A DNA stretch of 64,000 nucleotides from Candidatus Marinacidobacterales bacterium (GTDB taxonomy: Bacteria; Acidobacteriota; Vicinamibacteria; Marinacidobacterales; SMYC01), in NCBI GenBank assembly GCA_965224085.1, contig CBDCYI010000005.1, positions 800,001 through 864,000 on the forward strand, read 5' to 3'. Under the pieces are notes generated by a model that saw only the letters and a program-made list of their open reading frames with translations, made no database searches and was not told the origin of the DNA. The position numbers and the translations under genes were made by a program. Below are positions 62,851 to 64,000 of this stretch, piece by piece. The first letter of the stretch is position 1. Every line of letters begins with the position of its first letter.

Positions 62851-64000
62851 ATGAATATTGATTTGATCCTGGAAATGGTTTTTCACCTCGTCGGTGGATT
62901 GGGCATTTTCTTGCTCGGCATGAAGTACATGCAGCAGGGCCTTCAAGTGATTGCCGGCTCTCGAATCCGACGCGCGATCAGCTTCGTCACGTCCAACCGG
63001 TTCCTCGCGGTCGGAATCGGGGTTTTCGTCACGACCCTCGTTCAGTCGAGCTCCGTTACTTCGGTCATGGTGATCGGTCTCGTCAATAGTGAGCTGATGG
63101 CGCTCACGGAAGCCATCGGCGTCATCATCGGCGCCAATATCGGCACGACGATCACGGGATGGATATTGGCGCTGAAGATCGGGAAATACGGTCTTCCGAT
63201 ACTTGGACTGGCTGCCTTCGGGTGGCTGTTCCTCAAACCCGAAAAGCTGCGTTACACCGCGCTCTCGACTCTCGGAATCGGGATGGTCTTTTTTGGTCTC
63301 GAGCTCATGAAGGACGGCTTCACCCCGGTTCGCGATCTTCCGGATTTCGCGGCCTTGTTCCATTTGTTTGAGGCGACGGATTACTTCGGTGTTCTGAAAT
63401 CCGCCCTCGTAGGATGCCTGGTGACGCTCATCGTTCAGTCTTCGTCCGCCACGTTGGGGATAACGATCGCCCTCGCCAATACTGGCGTGATCGATTTTCA
63501 AACGGCCGGCGCACTGGTGCTCGGCGAAAATATCGGGACGACGATCACGGCTTTCTTGGCGTCTCTCGGCGCGGACGACATCAACGCGAAACGTACGGCC
63601 TATTTTCACGTCGTCTTCAACGTTTCGGGCGTGGCTGTCATCACGGCCCTCTTTCTTCCCGTCTACTTGCCTTTCATCCGAAACGTCGTCTTGGCGGGGG
63701 TGGACCCGAACATGGTGAACGCCGATGGGAACTATCCCTATATGACGGCGGCGATCGCCACCGTACACTCCACCTTCAATGTGATCACTGCCCTCCTGTT
63801 CGTTTCTTTGATCACACCTATCGCGAACATTCTGAAGAGGCTCGTGAAAGACAAGGTCCAACCGACGAGAACGCATCTCACCCATCTGGATTTTCAGTTG
63901 GTCAGCTCGCCATTGACGGCGATCGAGCAATCGCGCTATGAGATCCAGCGAACGGATGAACACGTCAGAAACATGATGAACGATTTGCGTCTCGTGATTA
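62851..64000 (+). CDS. Na+/Pi cotransporter family protein (runs off the window; absent from the ORF track)
   Basis: Translated by hand from ATG 62851: GGLGIFLLGM, VQSSSVT, GANIGTT, VQSSSAT, GENIGTT. Confidence 0.9.
   Translation, partial: MNIDLILEMVFHLVGGLGIFLLGMKYMQQGLQVIAGSRIRRAISFVTSNRFLAVGIGVFVTTLVQSSSVTSVMVIGLVNSELMALTEAIGVIIGANIGTTITGWILALKIGKYGLPILGLAAFGWLFLKPEKLRYTALSTLGIGMVFFGLELMKDGFTPVRDLPDFAALFHLFEATDYFGVLKSALVGCLVTLIVQSSSATLGITIALANTGVIDFQTAGALVLGENIGTTITAFLASLGADDINAKRTAYFHVVFNVSGVAVITALFLPVYLPFIRNVVLAGVDPNMVNADGNYPYMTAAIATVHSTFNVITALLFVSLITPIANILKRLVKDKVQPTRTHLTHLDFQLVSSPLTAIEQSRYEIQRTDEHVRNMMNDLRLVI

Noticed and set aside
1-64000. tRNA, rRNA or CRISPR arrays
   Set aside because: None recognised in the intergenic regions by eye; a covariance-model scan would be needed to exclude them.

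Overview
GC-rich bacterial window; the gene content suggests Acidobacteriota (inference only). Housekeeping and respiratory genes include an MltD-like transglycosylase, a BMC-H shell protein plus acylating aldehyde dehydrogenase, an MglA-like GTPase, dsbD, a QrcABCD/ACIII-like redox complex, bactofilin, a truncated globin, CxxxY-type ccmE, a sulfatase, an arginase-family protein, cca, a sugar-catabolism operon and a Na/Pi cotransporter. These are interleaved with heavily rearranged accessory DNA. Four things stand out. (1) A 2.64 kb IS110-family element (1194-3832) has an internal bridge-RNA-like sequence whose guides match both element junctions, and it carries two extra ORFs. (2) Three large secreted proteins have variable N-termini on a conserved gingipain-like C25 module. 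(3) An operon encodes an HPr-kinase-like protein, an RRE fused to a Cys-rich peptide, and a nucleotidyltransferase. (4) All four loci in (2) and (3) share a sigma54 promoter with a TGTAGG box 112-120 bp upstream, suggesting one regulon. Two different ISNCY/IS5-like elements stack in tandem at a TAGCTA target. Many genes show single-base frameshifts or abrupt junctions, which may partly be sequencing or assembly artefacts. All family assignments are by eye from motifs; no database searches were run.
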